Source: Tubulanus polymorphus
Taxonomy: Eukaryota > Animalia > Nemertea
Direction: 5' to 3'
Assembly: GCF_964204645.1 (NCBI RefSeq)
Contig: NC_134030.1
Location: 8,599,122 to 8,663,121 of the forward strand
DNA length: 64,000 bases
Position numbers and translations under genes: made by a program. Below the pieces are notes generated by a model that had not been told where the DNA came from, searched no databases, and saw nothing but the letters and a program-made list of their open reading frames with translations. Of this stretch, positions 25,655-48,850 are shown piece after piece. Each line of letters begins with the position of its first letter. The first letter of the stretch is position 1.

Positions 25655-28600
25655 TTATAAACTCAAGCGCACCTGCCAGCTTGGTTAAAACCCTCAGTAC
25701 TATTGCCAGCTTCGAACATTTAGACCATTTAGACGTAGTTAGTTTTGTGTATTTGATTTGGAGCCGGAACGATCATTCAATGATATTTACTGGCAGACAC
25801 ATGTCTAACACAAATATGCAGCCACTAATACTAGATATTTCAAAGAAATGCCATTTAAGGTGTTTGCCTAGTCACAGAGATGATATATGCTAACATTGAA
25901 CCAAATTTACAAGTGCCATCTCTAGTAAATATCCCTAAATCTCCAACTGAACTTGACACGGACAAGAAAACACAAAAAAGTTCATATGTCGTCCTTCTAT
26001 TTTTAGCCCAATCATTGTCAATACATGAACAATGATTCTTGCATCGCGAGCAGTGAACAAACCTGAGTTAGGCATGTGACAGTGGATACTTCGCCTGGTT
26101 TGCAGACAAGCAGTTTCTCCGTACGCCAAACAATTGTCAAAGAATTCATCATCAATAGTCTTAACTATCAATTAGCTCGAACATCGTTCGTAAATGATTA
26201 AAATTTGGAAACTGATGGTGAAACGTGTTTGACGCAGTAATAGTCTCTTCTAAATGTATTTCAAACATCGATAGTTAAAACCAGAGAAAGGGAAAACGAT
26301 AGAGATAGATAAATCTAAAATTAAGAGTTTAGTTAAGTACACACACAGTAAAATGATAAGAGGAGAATTGTTCAACCTAACTAAGGGAAAAAAAGAGGAA
26401 ACAGCCAGTTAGTCAGACGAGTAGTGATTTTCGATGAAAGCCAAATGATACGTAGTAAGAAGTAAATAAGCAGCTAACAAGACACTTTAAAATCAATGGA
26501 CGAACACGAATTCAGATACATTCCAAAAAGGTACTGAACAAAACGAGTCTCACCTCAAATGGTAGGTAACGAAAAATCAACGCAGTAATTTCGATAAGCT
26601 ATCAATTTGTTAAAGTCGAATATTTTCGCTATCAAACGGTGCACATATGTCTAATGCTCTATCGCACACATCTTAATAACTAACTGCAATATTACAGTTT
26701 CCTATGTATAACACCGCAAGAGAGCAAAGATAAAGCTCATAGTTTACAGCTAACATCACACGGCTAGATAAAACGCTTTCATCGATGGATTGATTGTTAA
26801 ATATCGATTTACAGCTAATATTTCGATAATGATTATTATAATGAATATAAATTAGCAAATCATACACATTTGATCAGTACACAGTTTTACAATATGGAAT
26901 GTTAAAACCAGGTGGTTCTACTAAACTATTATCAAAAGTACACACGGCAGTCGGCGGATATTCTATTAGTAAATATCGCCGGTTAAAACCAAACGTGGCT
27001 AGGATCGATCGACATGCCAGTCATAAGAACGAACGAATGAACAACAACAGGTAGAGGAAGGGGATCGGACTCGGCGAAGAAATTAACGAAAATAACGTCT
27101 GGCGAAGTAATGATGATTACCCATTTACAATTATATTATCATCGCACACGCTCCCAGAGAGGCAGAAACACGAGATCAATAGAACGAAACCTACGCGCAT
27201 ATTATATCGTATGTGCTGATGATGTCTTTCACGGCCGTATAGCAACGGCTTTCCCCTTTAGAAAAACTAAGCTTCGTGCCTTTAGATTAGCCCGAGCATG
27301 GTCGTCGATGGTATCCAGTATTCATTCCCCCAGGGTATATCTTACTCAACATCACCAAAACATTTTCAGTGCATATCAAACATAATCAACCGGACCGACA
27401 TCAAATGATCTAGGATTAATCAATTAACAATAACTAAACATATCACATTTAAGTGCTATAATAGGTCGCAATCAAGAATTATGGCATCAAATATCGTAAA
27501 AATCACTTTTCAGAAATGTTCAATCTTTTTTTTTCCCCATACAGGAGGATGTTGTGAGTAAACAAATGTTCTCTAATGCTATGTACATCATCCTCTCAGT
27601 ACATGTAGTTGGGTAAAGCGTTAGGTCTTAATCAACGTTTCAACCATGCAAAATACGACTTTAAAGTCCGCGTGCACACGACAAACCGGTTAACATATTC
27701 ATCTCCGCTAACAACAATATCTTACATACATTGTCGACATACACAACGCAGGAACCTCGTTTTGGTAAAATTTGACGCGGTGAAAACACCTCGGCTACTA
27801 TAATTCGAAACATCGCCTCCAGAGAATTATACGTAGAGCAGACAAAGAACGAGGTTCAACTCGATATCTCTCTCTCTCTCTCAAAATCAATTAGTTAACC
27901 GTTTAGCTATATCGCACATCCGAAGCAGTATATAAACAATGTATGCAAGTCTTAACATCACGTAGTTTTTTATTATTCAATTAAAATTATTAAATCGCTA
28001 AATGATACATACACATATACAGATAATGTCATCATTCATCAATTGCCATATTATATCTTGTTGACACGAAGTAGTAGTAGTAGTATTTAACAATATTCAC
28101 ATTTTCAATCGATTAAGACATTCAGTGATATATTATTCATCAATTTTTTTTCTTTTCGGTTAAAAAAAAAGCCAATCAAAAAACACCGATTAATCATAAT
28201 AATAATAATGTGTTAATAATTATCATCGTTGGTACTGCGACGTCGTCGTTCTCGGTCAGTTGTCATCTTACGCGCGAAAAACGACGACGACGACATTTTT
28301 CGGCGAGAATTTAAAAAAGACTCGTCTTTCGAACATTCATCGGTATAGCGTCACCAGTTAGCGATATTATTCTACGTTAAGATACAACAATGACACTCAT
28401 CCCTCTAAACAGACAACTCAGAATTGATGATAATGCGTTTTTTGTTTCATGCTATTTCACTAGTGTATATATATATGTATAGATGTAAAATGGTTATTAT
28501 TATCATATTTACCATTGTTAATTATGATTATTATCTGTAAGTTGAAACTCCCGATTCATACGTACTCTTAAGGGATACTTTTCATATACAAGACGATTAA

Positions 28601-30470
28601 CGCTATTTATTCCTACAATCGTACTTTTCAAGAGCGAAGTTGGCAGAGAACGCTGCTGGAATTCGGTGCGCTGCTAAACGATTTTTAAAAACGATGCAAA
28701 ATATCGAAATAACTACTTCAATAATAAGATGTTGTAAAACGCAATTGTGGCCAGTTCGCCGTACTAAGTACGTCGGGCGAACGCGCACGCCGTTCGACGA
28801 CAACATGTTGCCGTCGTTTCACAGCGTACAGGCCAACGATTCAGACACAAGATATTTCTCTGCACATGATGGCGACTATTTTTTTCGATGCGATTTATGA
28901 GAACAGACAGAGCCGTTTACGCGACTTGTTTTTTTGATATGGACAGACTACTGGAGATATTCAGTCTCGTACCAGAGAAGTTTTCACATATTTTCTTCTT
29001 TTTAAATTAGCCATTATATTCATATTCATACGCTTATGTATATATGTCTCACGACTATCAATCGTGATTGCACGAGCGTTGGAGTGTGTTGTGTGTGAAT
29101 CAACGTCACTATTATGTACAAATAACAACCAAATATCTTCGTTTATCATCACCATCATATTTTATACACTTTGTATAGAACGTAAATATCTACAGCATAT
29201 TTATATATTTATATGGGGGCAGCGGCATTATTGAGCGCGCGCATGTGTGTGTATTTTGAATTTCCTCAAGAATGAACAATACAATTGCCACAAAGCGTGA
29301 CGCTAGATTCTGTAGCCAAAAATTTAATAGGGAAAACTCCTGTTTCATTGAACCAACTATTGAAGTGGTAATGCTATCAATTAGTAAGGTGGGATTTATA
29401 TCATCGATTCGAATCACTATTATTACATCTCGTTGATTATACCTAAATTTATATATATATATATATATATATCGAGTGACTTTTCAACTAAATTCTAAAT
29501 TCAAACAACGCTACCACCGTTTCTGGATACTCGACCTTCCGAGGTCACCGCGCGTGTTTTAACGAGTTGTTAATATATATCGCGTTAAAGAGGATGACGA
29601 TTATTTTCGTGTGGCTTTTTCTTTTAAAGTACGGACGATAAAACGTACAACAACCAAAATGGATGGATGCAACTACAGCGAAAAAACATAGTTGTTATAC
29701 ATACCACATATACATATATATATATATATATATATACCCAGTGACATCGGTGGTCGTGTGTCGACAGGGTGGATGGAACACAGTCTTATAAACTAGTCAA
29801 TTCCAAACGTTCTAGTGCGTAACAATAATTCCACGCAGCGAATTGAACACCAGAACGCGCGGCGTCCATACAGTTATTCAGGCGTTCAGAGACGAGTCTT
29901 CTCGATCTTAATCCGCGCACGGTTTTTGTCAATAATATTTGATTCAGCGTCGAAGATCACTCAAGAATTTACGCAAAGTAACGTACAAGTATGTGCATGT
30001 TAATCGACTGTTTAAAATGGAGCGACCGAGTTGTTTTTCCGGATGGTGCACGTTAACATAAATTCAGCGTATTCCCCGTTGCTCCACAGGAGTATATACA
30101 TATATATATATAAATATGTATACATCTACATCAACTCCAACTCGTATATTACATGATGACCGACGATAATCGCGACGACGTTGACGACGACAGGCCTTCC
30201 ACACGCTGGTTAACACGTAACGTGTGTCTGCACTGAACTACTTAGTTGCACTATGTTTAATCTCTTGCATTGCATATTGTGTTATATGAATCCGATTCCC
30301 TGAAATCCGGTTTTCGTCGCTGTTGTTTCGCGTGTGTTTCTCCCCGCCAACGACTTTATGAAGGCCGGCCATTTCTCGTTGATCGAACTCACGCACGCGC
30401 AATTTAACGTATTTTTTTTTTTAATATTTGATAATTAATAAGGTTTAACGCACACATACACACACAATCT

Positions 30471-39433
<8,963 letters not shown>

Positions 39434-39441
<8 letters not shown>

Positions 39442-39927
39442 CTTGAGTTAAGGGGCGGTCTAAGACAATGACGTCATTGGTCACGTGAAGCGCATGCCTC
39501 GACAAGCCGCCGCTAAAATCTCGCGGGATTCTCGTTCAGTTCTCGCGCGCGATGTAACACAAAGTTTTGCACTCCACCTATATACACCCATACCCTGAAT
39601 AATTAACCTCGGAAAGAAATACTACTCAGTGCAAGATTGTTGATTACACAAATTTTATAAAAATCTATGCAGCCATTTTTATCAATGGGAAGCAAATTCT
39701 TCAAAATATAATCATAGAAGAAAAGGTTTTTCAACCTATTCATTTCTTACTAATTATTAGACGTAGGCATGCAATTCATTCGTACTGGACCTGCTTCCAA
39801 ATTTCATTAATTGTATAAGATTTATCTTTATGTCATCACTTTGTTATGATCTTGCTGTCCACTAAATAAACTTGAGCTTGATTTAGACACGAATCGTGGA
39901 ATTCAAAATGTACGCAACATTATCATC
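39434..39927. promoter_or_regulatory. Bidirectional promoter between Na+/K+-ATPase alpha and TOMM70
   Basis: 486 bp between divergent ATGs; GC box 39452-39458, CRE TGACGTCA 39469-39476, E-box GTCACGTGA 39480-39488, NRF1-like GCGCATGC 39490-39497, TCTCGCGGGA 39519-39528. Confidence 0.7.
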
Positions 39928-42900
39928 ATGGCTTCCCAAGCGCGGTCTAACGTGGGTTCACCAACCGGTATGAAAGGTTGGCAATTAGCCTTAGCCGTTG
40001 GCGCCCCCGTCGCCCTGGGGCTGGCTGGGCTATGGTACTACAAAAGGCTGAAAGCACGAGAGCTGGGTTCATCTGGTAAAGGTTCTAAAACCGACAAAAA
40101 GGCGGAAACCTCCAGTGAAAATACACCGGTTCGTTTTTACTTCCGGGTTTGGAATGATGGATGGGGATTTTCACTTGATTGATTTGCTTTTTCTAGTAGA
40201 TTCCCTTTGATACCCGACCCCCGACCCTATCGTTGTTTACCATAAAAAAGGGCAGGGGCCTAAATAGATAGCCTCTTCAGGTCCTTCTAGAAGATCTGTC
40301 CTTCCTGAATTAAACTTGTATTTAATATGAATATAGGCCCAAGGCAAGTCCTACTTAATATTTTGCCTCATCTCATGTCTCAGTTCCTATAAACAGGTCA
40401 ATGAAAATACGTAGATTTACGTATCTGAGAAAGTTAGCAAGTTTTCACCGTTATACACACTCTTTGATTTTGATGTTTTATCTCAACTCCATTGCATTTA
40501 AAGTTATTCATGTGTGATAAAAATTAAGGAAAAAATTAAAGAACGTTCAGGGACTATATATTCCTACTAGCATGAAAGATCGTTAGATTGGCATGAAAAA
40601 TGGTGAAATTATAAGGGTGGCAGCACCAGCTGGCTTTATGTTTTTGCGGGGAAAACCAGGTTTTTTCGACAACAGGGTGAAGAATATCTTCATTTAGGAG
40701 TCGTATTGATGATAAATTTCACTCAATTTTGAAATTTTTTGCTTCTTAAGATTTTTCACAGGTTGACAAAAACAAGTGAAATATGGCAAGTCAATTAATT
40801 TGAAGATAATATGATAAATGTTGTTTTATACTGGAGTTTTGTTTTTTATTTGTATATTCGCTATAAAATCTGAAGTTTTTTCGTGAATAAGTAATTCAGG
40901 CTATGCATCAATTTAGTGACCATAGTACTCCCATCTTGTCTTCAAAAATTTAAGCTGACAAAACGCCACGGTAGATCATCAAATGCCATGGTAGAAATCA
41001 GCAGAACTTAGCCCTCCACCACTTTAAACACTAATTGTGTTCCCCGACCGCTAGATCTCTTTCGCAGCAGCCTCCAAATATGGCAGTGATGGGTAAAATA
41101 CAACCACTGTCTAACTTCAACCTGTCACCCCTATTAAGTAGTAGTAGTAGTAGTAGTAGCAGTAGCAGTAGCAGTAGCAGTAGCAGTAGCAGTAGCAGTA
41201 GCAGTAGCAGTAGCAGTAGCAGTAGCAGTAGCAGTAGCAGTAGCAGTAGCAGTAGCAGTAGCAGTAGCAGTAGCAGTAGCAGTAGCAGTAGCAGTAGCAG
41301 TAGCAGTAGCAGTAGCAGTAGCAGTAGCAGTAGCAGTAGCAGTAGCAGTAGCAGTAGCAGTAGCAGTAGCAGTAGCAGTAGCAGTAGCAGTAGCAGTAGC
41401 AGTAGCAGTAGCAGTAGCAGTAGCAGTAGCAGTAGCAGTAGCAGTAGCAGTAGCAGTAGCAGTAGCAGTAGCAGTAGCAGTAGCAGTAGCAGTAGCAGTA
41501 GCAGTAGCAGTAGCAGTAGCAGTAGCAGTAGCAGTAGCAGTAGCAGTAGCAGTAGCAGTAGCAGTAGCAGTAGCAGTAGCAGTAGCAGTAGCAGTAGCAG
41601 TAGCAGTAGCAGTAGCAGTAGCAGTAGCAGTAGCAGTAGCAGTAGCAGTAGTAGTCCGCTTTTAATCCGTTTCCTCTAGCGTTTTTTATAACACCATTTT
41701 AAAAGTTTCATATATACGCACGTAACATATATTCAGAGTTTAATCCTTATAGGTATACAGCTTCGGGTGCGTACTCCAATGTCTGTCAAGCCTGACCTTA
41801 AAGCAATCCATAGACGGTAGAAAGTTTGGTGGGGAGGGACATATACCATGTATATATTTATACGTGTTGATTGCATCACCCCTCATTCTTCTATAAACCA
41901 GGGTTGGAAGTTGAAGTTGTTTTAGGCGCTGTTCATAAGATAAATTCTGTAATCGGGGAACCATCCTAGTCACTCTCCTTTGGACTGCCTCAATAGCGTC
42001 AATATCCTTTTGATACTGCAAGGCCCATACTACATTAGCATACTCTAATATCGGTCGAATTAGGGCTTTATACAGAGGTATCAGTTAACACAGTTAAGAT
42101 AGAAATACCAAACTTTTTCAAAAAGAACTTCAACCATTGGTTAATATTATGGAGTGAAAGCCAATCAAATGTGCCGTCTTATACAGGGTGTAGCACTGGC
42201 CTAAAGTAGAGGGTATAGGTTATGCTTTTACCTGCGTAAAATTTCGTACGATACGTAAATTTACGTAGATACGTAAATCTACGTATTTTAATCGACCTGA
42301 TACAATCTGTATGTCCATTTTTGTGCACTTCTAACTGGATGGCAGCATCTGTAGGTCTTGTCCCTGTCATTCTAAAAATTCAACTGATCAAAAGGATATT
42401 TTAAGGGATTTTATCCACTTCTTACTGATATAATTTTTACATCTGCATTACAGAAATTCCTGATGATAAACAAAATAATTTATGTCTTCATTCATTTCAG
42501 AGTACACCATTAGAGTTGGCGCAAGCTGCGAAAAATAAAGGCAACAAGTATTTCAAGGCTGCTCAATACGACAAAGCGATTGAATGTTATACACAAGCAA
42601 TAGATCTGTGTCCTGGAAATAATCCAACTGATCTCAGTACATTCCATCAGAATCGAGCTGCAGCTTATGAACAATTGGTTCGTTGGAAACTTTTTCCTTC
42701 GATTTTCTGTTATTGTTGGGAAGAATGTTGATGTTTTTTTCAACTCAGCCTGAAAAGATATCAGGTGCCATAACTTTTGGTACTAGGCCTACAGTAAATA
42801 AAGAACATTTTGCATCATGGAAAATATGACTCAAGTATATTCGACTTAAAAACTGGTGCTGGGATAAACTATGATATTACTCTGTTGGTAGTAAATGCCT

Positions 42901-45900
42901 GATACAGCTGAACTAAAACATTTTTTTTTAATCCATTCTACACTGTATTGAAAAATGTCTTTTTCTTTGATTCGACTTGAGCAAAAGAAAACATTTCGGC
43001 AATCCTTCAATACGGTATAAAACAGGTTGTCCTTTTAAACCAAGTTGAAATAGGCATTGGAACTTATCTTAAGAAAAGCACATTCTGAATTCTGCTCTTT
43101 GGATTTAGGCGATAAACAGTATAATCCCTAAAAATGATTGCAAATTGAACTATTTTCAGAAAAATTATCCGCAAGTCATCGAAGATTGCTCGAAAGCTCT
43201 GTGTTACAATAAGAAATACGTAAAGGCGTTATTTCGAAGAGCTAAAGCAAGTGAACATGAAGGACACCTTACTATGGCACTAAACGGTATGTACCTATTT
43301 GTCTCCCTCTAGCTCGCTCATAAGGAGAAATATCCGGGGCGGATCTTAGGGGATGCACACTCGCCAAAAATATGTCATTTTGCCCTGCTATATTATGGAA
43401 AATCAAGAATATTAAACTGGTATCCAAAAAGTATAAATTCATAAGCTTGTTTTTACAAAAATAAGTTAATATATTTTCCGAAAAGCTTTTTTGGTTCTGG
43501 TTCCTGCAAAATATCTGGCTTCACTGTTATATACCGGTACCAGTAATAGCCTACTAGTTTACAGTGCCAATCCTGTCTTAGTAGTAATAATATGTATTAG
43601 GCTTTTTCATGGGCTCATTAGATCTGTAATCACTTGAATTTTCATATTTTATTGATAGCAACAGGGCTAGTAAGGTTATACTCAATTGTTGTGGATACTT
43701 TCGCTGTTTAACCATAATTTGTAAGGGTTTTTTGAAAAGGTTTGTTGGAAGCCATGTGACCATTCCATGAATTGACTAGTAAAGCAAGTTTCCTTGCATG
43801 CTTTAAGACAGATTCCTATCTTATTTCAGATGTGACTGCAGTATGTATTCTTGAAGGATTTCAAAATCAACAGAGTCTTTATATGGCCGATCGTGTGCTG
43901 AAAGCCCTTGGTAAGACTAAAGCAAAAGAAAAATTCAAGGTAAGTTACATTTCACCAAGAGCTGATGGCTAAGGGGGTCTCCGTCATTGTGAACTTTTAC
44001 TTTAAATTGCTAATAGTCCTAGTGATTTTATTGGATCCTGATGAAACTTTGAACCAGTAATCTGTGGGCCAAGGCCTAAAACAATATACATGTAGAGGCG
44101 TTTTTTTTTTTTATTTAACCATAGCGGGTGCCCTAGAGATTGGGGCCCAACTACTTGTCCATCACTACTTGTCGTACAGTAGTTATCGAATCACTACTAA
44201 ATTGTATGCACGTTCTATTGGTGAAGAGCTAAAATTGAGTATGAATGTTCTATGGGCCAGCAGCTACTAAGATACCTAGCTGTTCTTGAATTTGATCCTT
44301 AAGAATACCCTTGGTGGTGGGGAATAAAGAAGTTACAGTGGAGTTATATCAGTTGATTAACTGCTTATGTTTTCTTTATATCTATATCTACTGACCACAA
44401 TGTGCTAATTAATGATTTTGATTATCACAGGTTCGAGAGCCGACGATGCCATCGCCTCATTTCATTCGCACGTTTTTCTCCGCATTCGCGCATGATCCCG
44501 TCATGGAGAAAGTCGCCGAATGTGAACGCCAGTTGAAACTGAATGACGCTGAAAAACATTTGAACGAGAGTCCTGAAAAAGAAAATCAAGAAAGAAATTC
44601 TAGGTAGAAATATAAGTACACGTCGTTATGCATTACATGGTCATAAGAAATGATTGAAAAATACTTGTTCTTCATAGCTGTGATGTCCATAGGTCTCCTT
44701 GATTCCTTGAGTTTAGTTAGAGTTAAGGATTATATTTGCTAACTAAGTCACTGAATTAGCAGTTTACGGAGATAGACAGTACCGATTTAGGATGAGTACG
44801 GTAATTGGGATATGAAACTGATACATACACTCCTCGAAATTTGAAATTTTCTCTGTGAAAAGTCCTTGAATTCTGGAATGACTGATCTGTAGGGACCCCA
44901 TAAGGTGCAAAACAACCAGGATGTAACTGAACAAATTGATAAATTTTCATTTTGATATCTATTGTGACCTTATACTCCAACGAGCCTGTTAGAAAATGCA
45001 ATTAGATCTTCTATGAAATGGAGACGATTGTCATTTGTAAATGTCCTTTCTTTTCAGTCCATTCCATAAAGCAATCAAAGCTTACGTGCAGCGTGATTAC
45101 AGCGATATAATTCATCTTTGCGATGAAGAAATCAATACAAATGGAGCAAATGTACACGAAGCATTGTTGTTCAAGGGTACCTTCCATCTTTTACGGGGTG
45201 AAGGCAACCTGGCAATGGAAGCTTTTGATAAAATAATATCATCTGATGAATCCAGCCTCGAGGTATGTATTCTAGTATAGCTTTGAATTTCAGACATTGC
45301 AAATTTTGGGATTCAACCTATTCCACAGTTAAGATGATAGGTTAACTGCCGCAATAGTATACAGGTCGAATATTCCATTATAAGCAACGAATGAAATATA
45401 GCAGTTATGATATATTTGTAAATATCAATCTTATTTATGTAGGTGAAAATAAATGCATATATTAAACGCGGAAGTTTAAAGATGCAAAATGACCTTAAAG
45501 ATGAGGCCTTGGCAGATTTCACTGAAGCAGTCCAAGTCGACTCCCAAAATTCAGATATCTATCATCATCGTGGCCAGGTATGTATGTAATAATGCACGTA
45601 CTTGCAAATTTCTCACTATTGTAGTCTTAAAATCTTTCTCATGAACTCGAGTTCATTTTGGGATTGTACGTTTGTATGGTGAGGTTTTACTTATCGATTG
45701 CTATTTTTTGCAGTTGAATCTATTATTAGAAAGAGTGGATGAAGCACTTCGAGATTTTGAGAAGTGTGTTGAGTTGAATCCTGGTTTCGCTGTTGCTCGC
45801 GTGCAGAAGTGTTATACAGGTTGGTGTTGCTCTTTCGACCAGTCTTTCGACGATTTGGATTACGAAGCAAAATGAGTGCATTTTATTTACAGAACACAGA

Positions 45901-46941
45901 TACGCATTCATGACGAAAAATCCAATGCTATTCCAAACTGCATTGAAATCGTTCGAAGAAGCATTGGAAGAGTTCCGAGACTGTACAGAAGGTTACGCCC
46001 TCTATGGACAGGTAAATATGAAAGGTTTCACCATACAACACAGTCCCCAGTTTGGCAGTTCTGTGTTAAGATTTGACTCAAGAAAATGATCTACTCTAAC
46101 TCACAACTGTGGGAAATGGGTCCAGGAGTTCATGATAAACAAACCTTTTGACTAATATTAACAAAATTTGCATTTTAAAATTGATGAATGAATATCAGAT
46201 GTATGTTTACGATATTAATTGATATGAATATGAATGAGTGATCCTTGTATTGTTCTTTAACCTTTTGAATTTGCAATCTTTTTAGGCGCTTTGTGACCAA
46301 CAAATGTATGAGTTGTCTGAGAAAAACTTCCAGAAAGCTATTGAATTAGACCCAGAAAATGCTAACATCTACGTTCATAGAGGGTAAGTTTTTAAATGAG
46401 GTCAACGTCCGTTAAAATTGCTTGATGGCAGTTCTCAAGCAATTGTCAACTAACATAAATGTTGTTAAAGGTCTTTTATGAGCAGGAAAAAGCTAGCCCT
46501 CACTATTTCTGTACTTATCTTTTACAGACTTCTCCAGCTGCAGTGGAAACAAGATGTCGATGAAGCCATGAAGTTACTCAAGAAGGCGATTGAATTGGAT
46601 GATCTTTGTGAATTAGCCTACGAAACTTTAGGAACCATAGAAGTACAGAGGTACGTAAATTCATGAATCATGCCGATACATTTCATTTCCGCCTTCACCT
46701 GATTGTTCCTTGACCAAGTCCTGGTATCTTTATGTGGACAAAACTGCATACCTGAGTTAAACTTCTATTATACCTTTTTTGCAGAGGCTGCTTGGACCGA
46801 GCCCATGAACTGTTTAACAAAGCGATTAACTTGGCTAAAACCGAACAGGATATGGCTCATCTATACTCCCTGTTAGCTGCTGCTCAAGCTCAAAGCAAAG
46901 CCGCTCATGATTTAGGATTACAAATGCCTGGCTCAATGTGA
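39928..46941 (+). CDS. TOMM70: Mitochondrial import receptor TOM70, 576 aa; exons 39928-40128, 42501-42677, 43160-43286, 43830-43939, 44431-44603, 45058-45262, 45443-45577, 45714-45819, 45893-46011, 46286-46383, 46528-46650, 46785-46941
   Basis: N-terminal anchor WQLALAVGAPVALGLAGLWYY; TPR repeats AKNKGNKYFK...AIECYTQAI, DVTAVCILEGFQN, DIYHHRGQ, AYETLGTIEVQRG. 1731 nt in frame. Confidence 0.96.
41137..41655. repeat. Microsatellite (AGT)n-(AGTAGC)n-(AGT)n, 519 bp, in TOMM70 intron 1
   Basis: Directly visible perfect hexamer array with short AGT runs at both ends. Confidence 0.98.
41656..42084 (-). mobile_element. 5'-truncated CR1/L2-type LINE fragment (ORF2 C-terminus plus 3' UTR)
   Basis: LYKALIRPILEYANVVW...DIDAIEAVQRRVTRMVPRLQNLSYEQRLKQLQLPTLVYRRMRGDAINTYK...FKVRLDRHW is the typical post-RT region; an internal deletion seems to follow YIHG. 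Confidence 0.85.
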
Positions 46942-48850
46942 AAAACATAAAACGATAATTCTTAGTGTGCTTAGAACCTTGTATCACATATTATGAATAT
47001 TGTTATGTGGATGAGCCATGGATTAGAGTTGCTTACTAATTTCTTGTGTCTCATGAAGAACCATCATGTGTGAAAGACTTATGTCATCAAATTAAAAGCC
47101 AAATCATAAGAATGTGCTTGAATTTGTGTAATGTTTTACTACTGAGTTGAAGGAACCCAGCCTATAATGACACAGTTGGATTCATCTAACTGCTGGATAC
47201 TTAATTGGCTGATACACAATTTGAAATGAATAACAAAATATGAATATGCAATGTTTGTCAACTAGACTCCTTGGAATTGTATGCAGACGTTTTTCTAAGA
47301 TAATAATTAAATTGGGTTAGTTCTGTACACATAACTGTATCCAAAGCTTAAACTTCATAACTTAATTTGAATTAACCATGGGAACTATCCAAGATCTATT
47401 TCATTAATCCTATGTTCATCAGGGGGCATTGAATATGGAAATTGTCAGATTATTGACCAGTTCAGACCATTTCCCAAGTGGGCATGGTGTCTCGGACCCC
47501 TCGTTTAGATACAATGGCCAACTTGAGAGTCTACAGTCAAACCCACTAAATCCAGATCAGTTTAATCCATGTTTACAGTATCTATTAATTACACAAATAT
47601 GATTTCCTCACACAGGATTTCATCAGTCCAATTGATCCAAATCAAGCAATGTCTACTCGAGTAGCTACTGCTACCACCTAATTATTGGCTTTATCATTAC
47701 ACACCCCTCTCCCTGGCCTGTGATGTTTAAGTTTTATTTTATCTGAAATATAAGCACCAGTAGCAATTTTTTACTGACATATCTTTGAATGTTTTTGTAA
47801 TTTCATTTGCCAGAGTTTATAGAAATTGTGTAAACGTAACATGTACGGCGGTATATCTGTAAATTTAATATGTAAAATACATTATTATATTATTAATAAC
47901 ATTTGAAGAAATTTCTTCCTTTAGCTGCAATTGATTCATAAAGCTGCTTCAAACATTTTTTTCCAAAAGATCTATTCTGACCAATCTTGAGCCTTTTCTT
48001 CCAGCAGAGAATTATGTCCTTTCATTTGCCACTTTTGGAAAATTCTGCCAATTCTTCCAATCTCTACGCTGGCAGAAATTTCATGATGAATGGAATGTAA
48101 ATTACAGAAGAGCACAATTGAAAAGGGCCCTACAGATATACACCCACGATATGGAGATGAAAATTGGGTCCAGAAGAAAATAAGAGCTTTTCCCAGATAA
48201 AGCAGCCAATGCCAATGGCCACTAGCTGGTCTTGCCCTTGGTATTGAGAAACAGAACCTAAAAGATGCAAAGTGTCAAATTTGTAGGTTTTGTCTTGACA
48301 AAAATGCCACCTCAGCACGAAGGCAGGGGTCCTGACCCTTGAGACCACCCCCTAAATACATTCCAGAAGTGAGATCCAGCCAAATGAATCTTGACACCAA
48401 TGAGTTGCTTCCTCAAAAAACTAACAAGATTCAAATATAAGATGAAAAATGTATGTATGTACATATAATAATAATATACAACCTTTATTGAGTTAATATA
48501 CAACTGTTAACAAAAATACAATATTGTGCATGTACGTATACAAGTTAATAAATGCATTATTATTTGTAATAAAGAATTTTACCCGGTGAGACATTTACAT
48601 TTTGTACAAAATACATACCATACAGTCAAATCATTATAAATGGATATTTATTTAAACTCGAAACTTTACATCACATCCCCAACATATGGTTTCTAGTGAA
48701 AATTCTACTTTATTGGACAGTTACGTTGTCAACATGGTGGTAGTGAAAAGGACTTAACCAGTCCTTGTAGCAGAAGGAATGAATGTACACGTCTGTTTGA
48801 ACTAGTTCACAATGGGAATGTTAAATTCACTAAAAGACATATCAAACTCC

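Noticed and set aside
41035-41679. 214-aa poly-serine ORF
   Set aside because: Translation of the (AGTAGC)n microsatellite inside TOMM70 intron 1.
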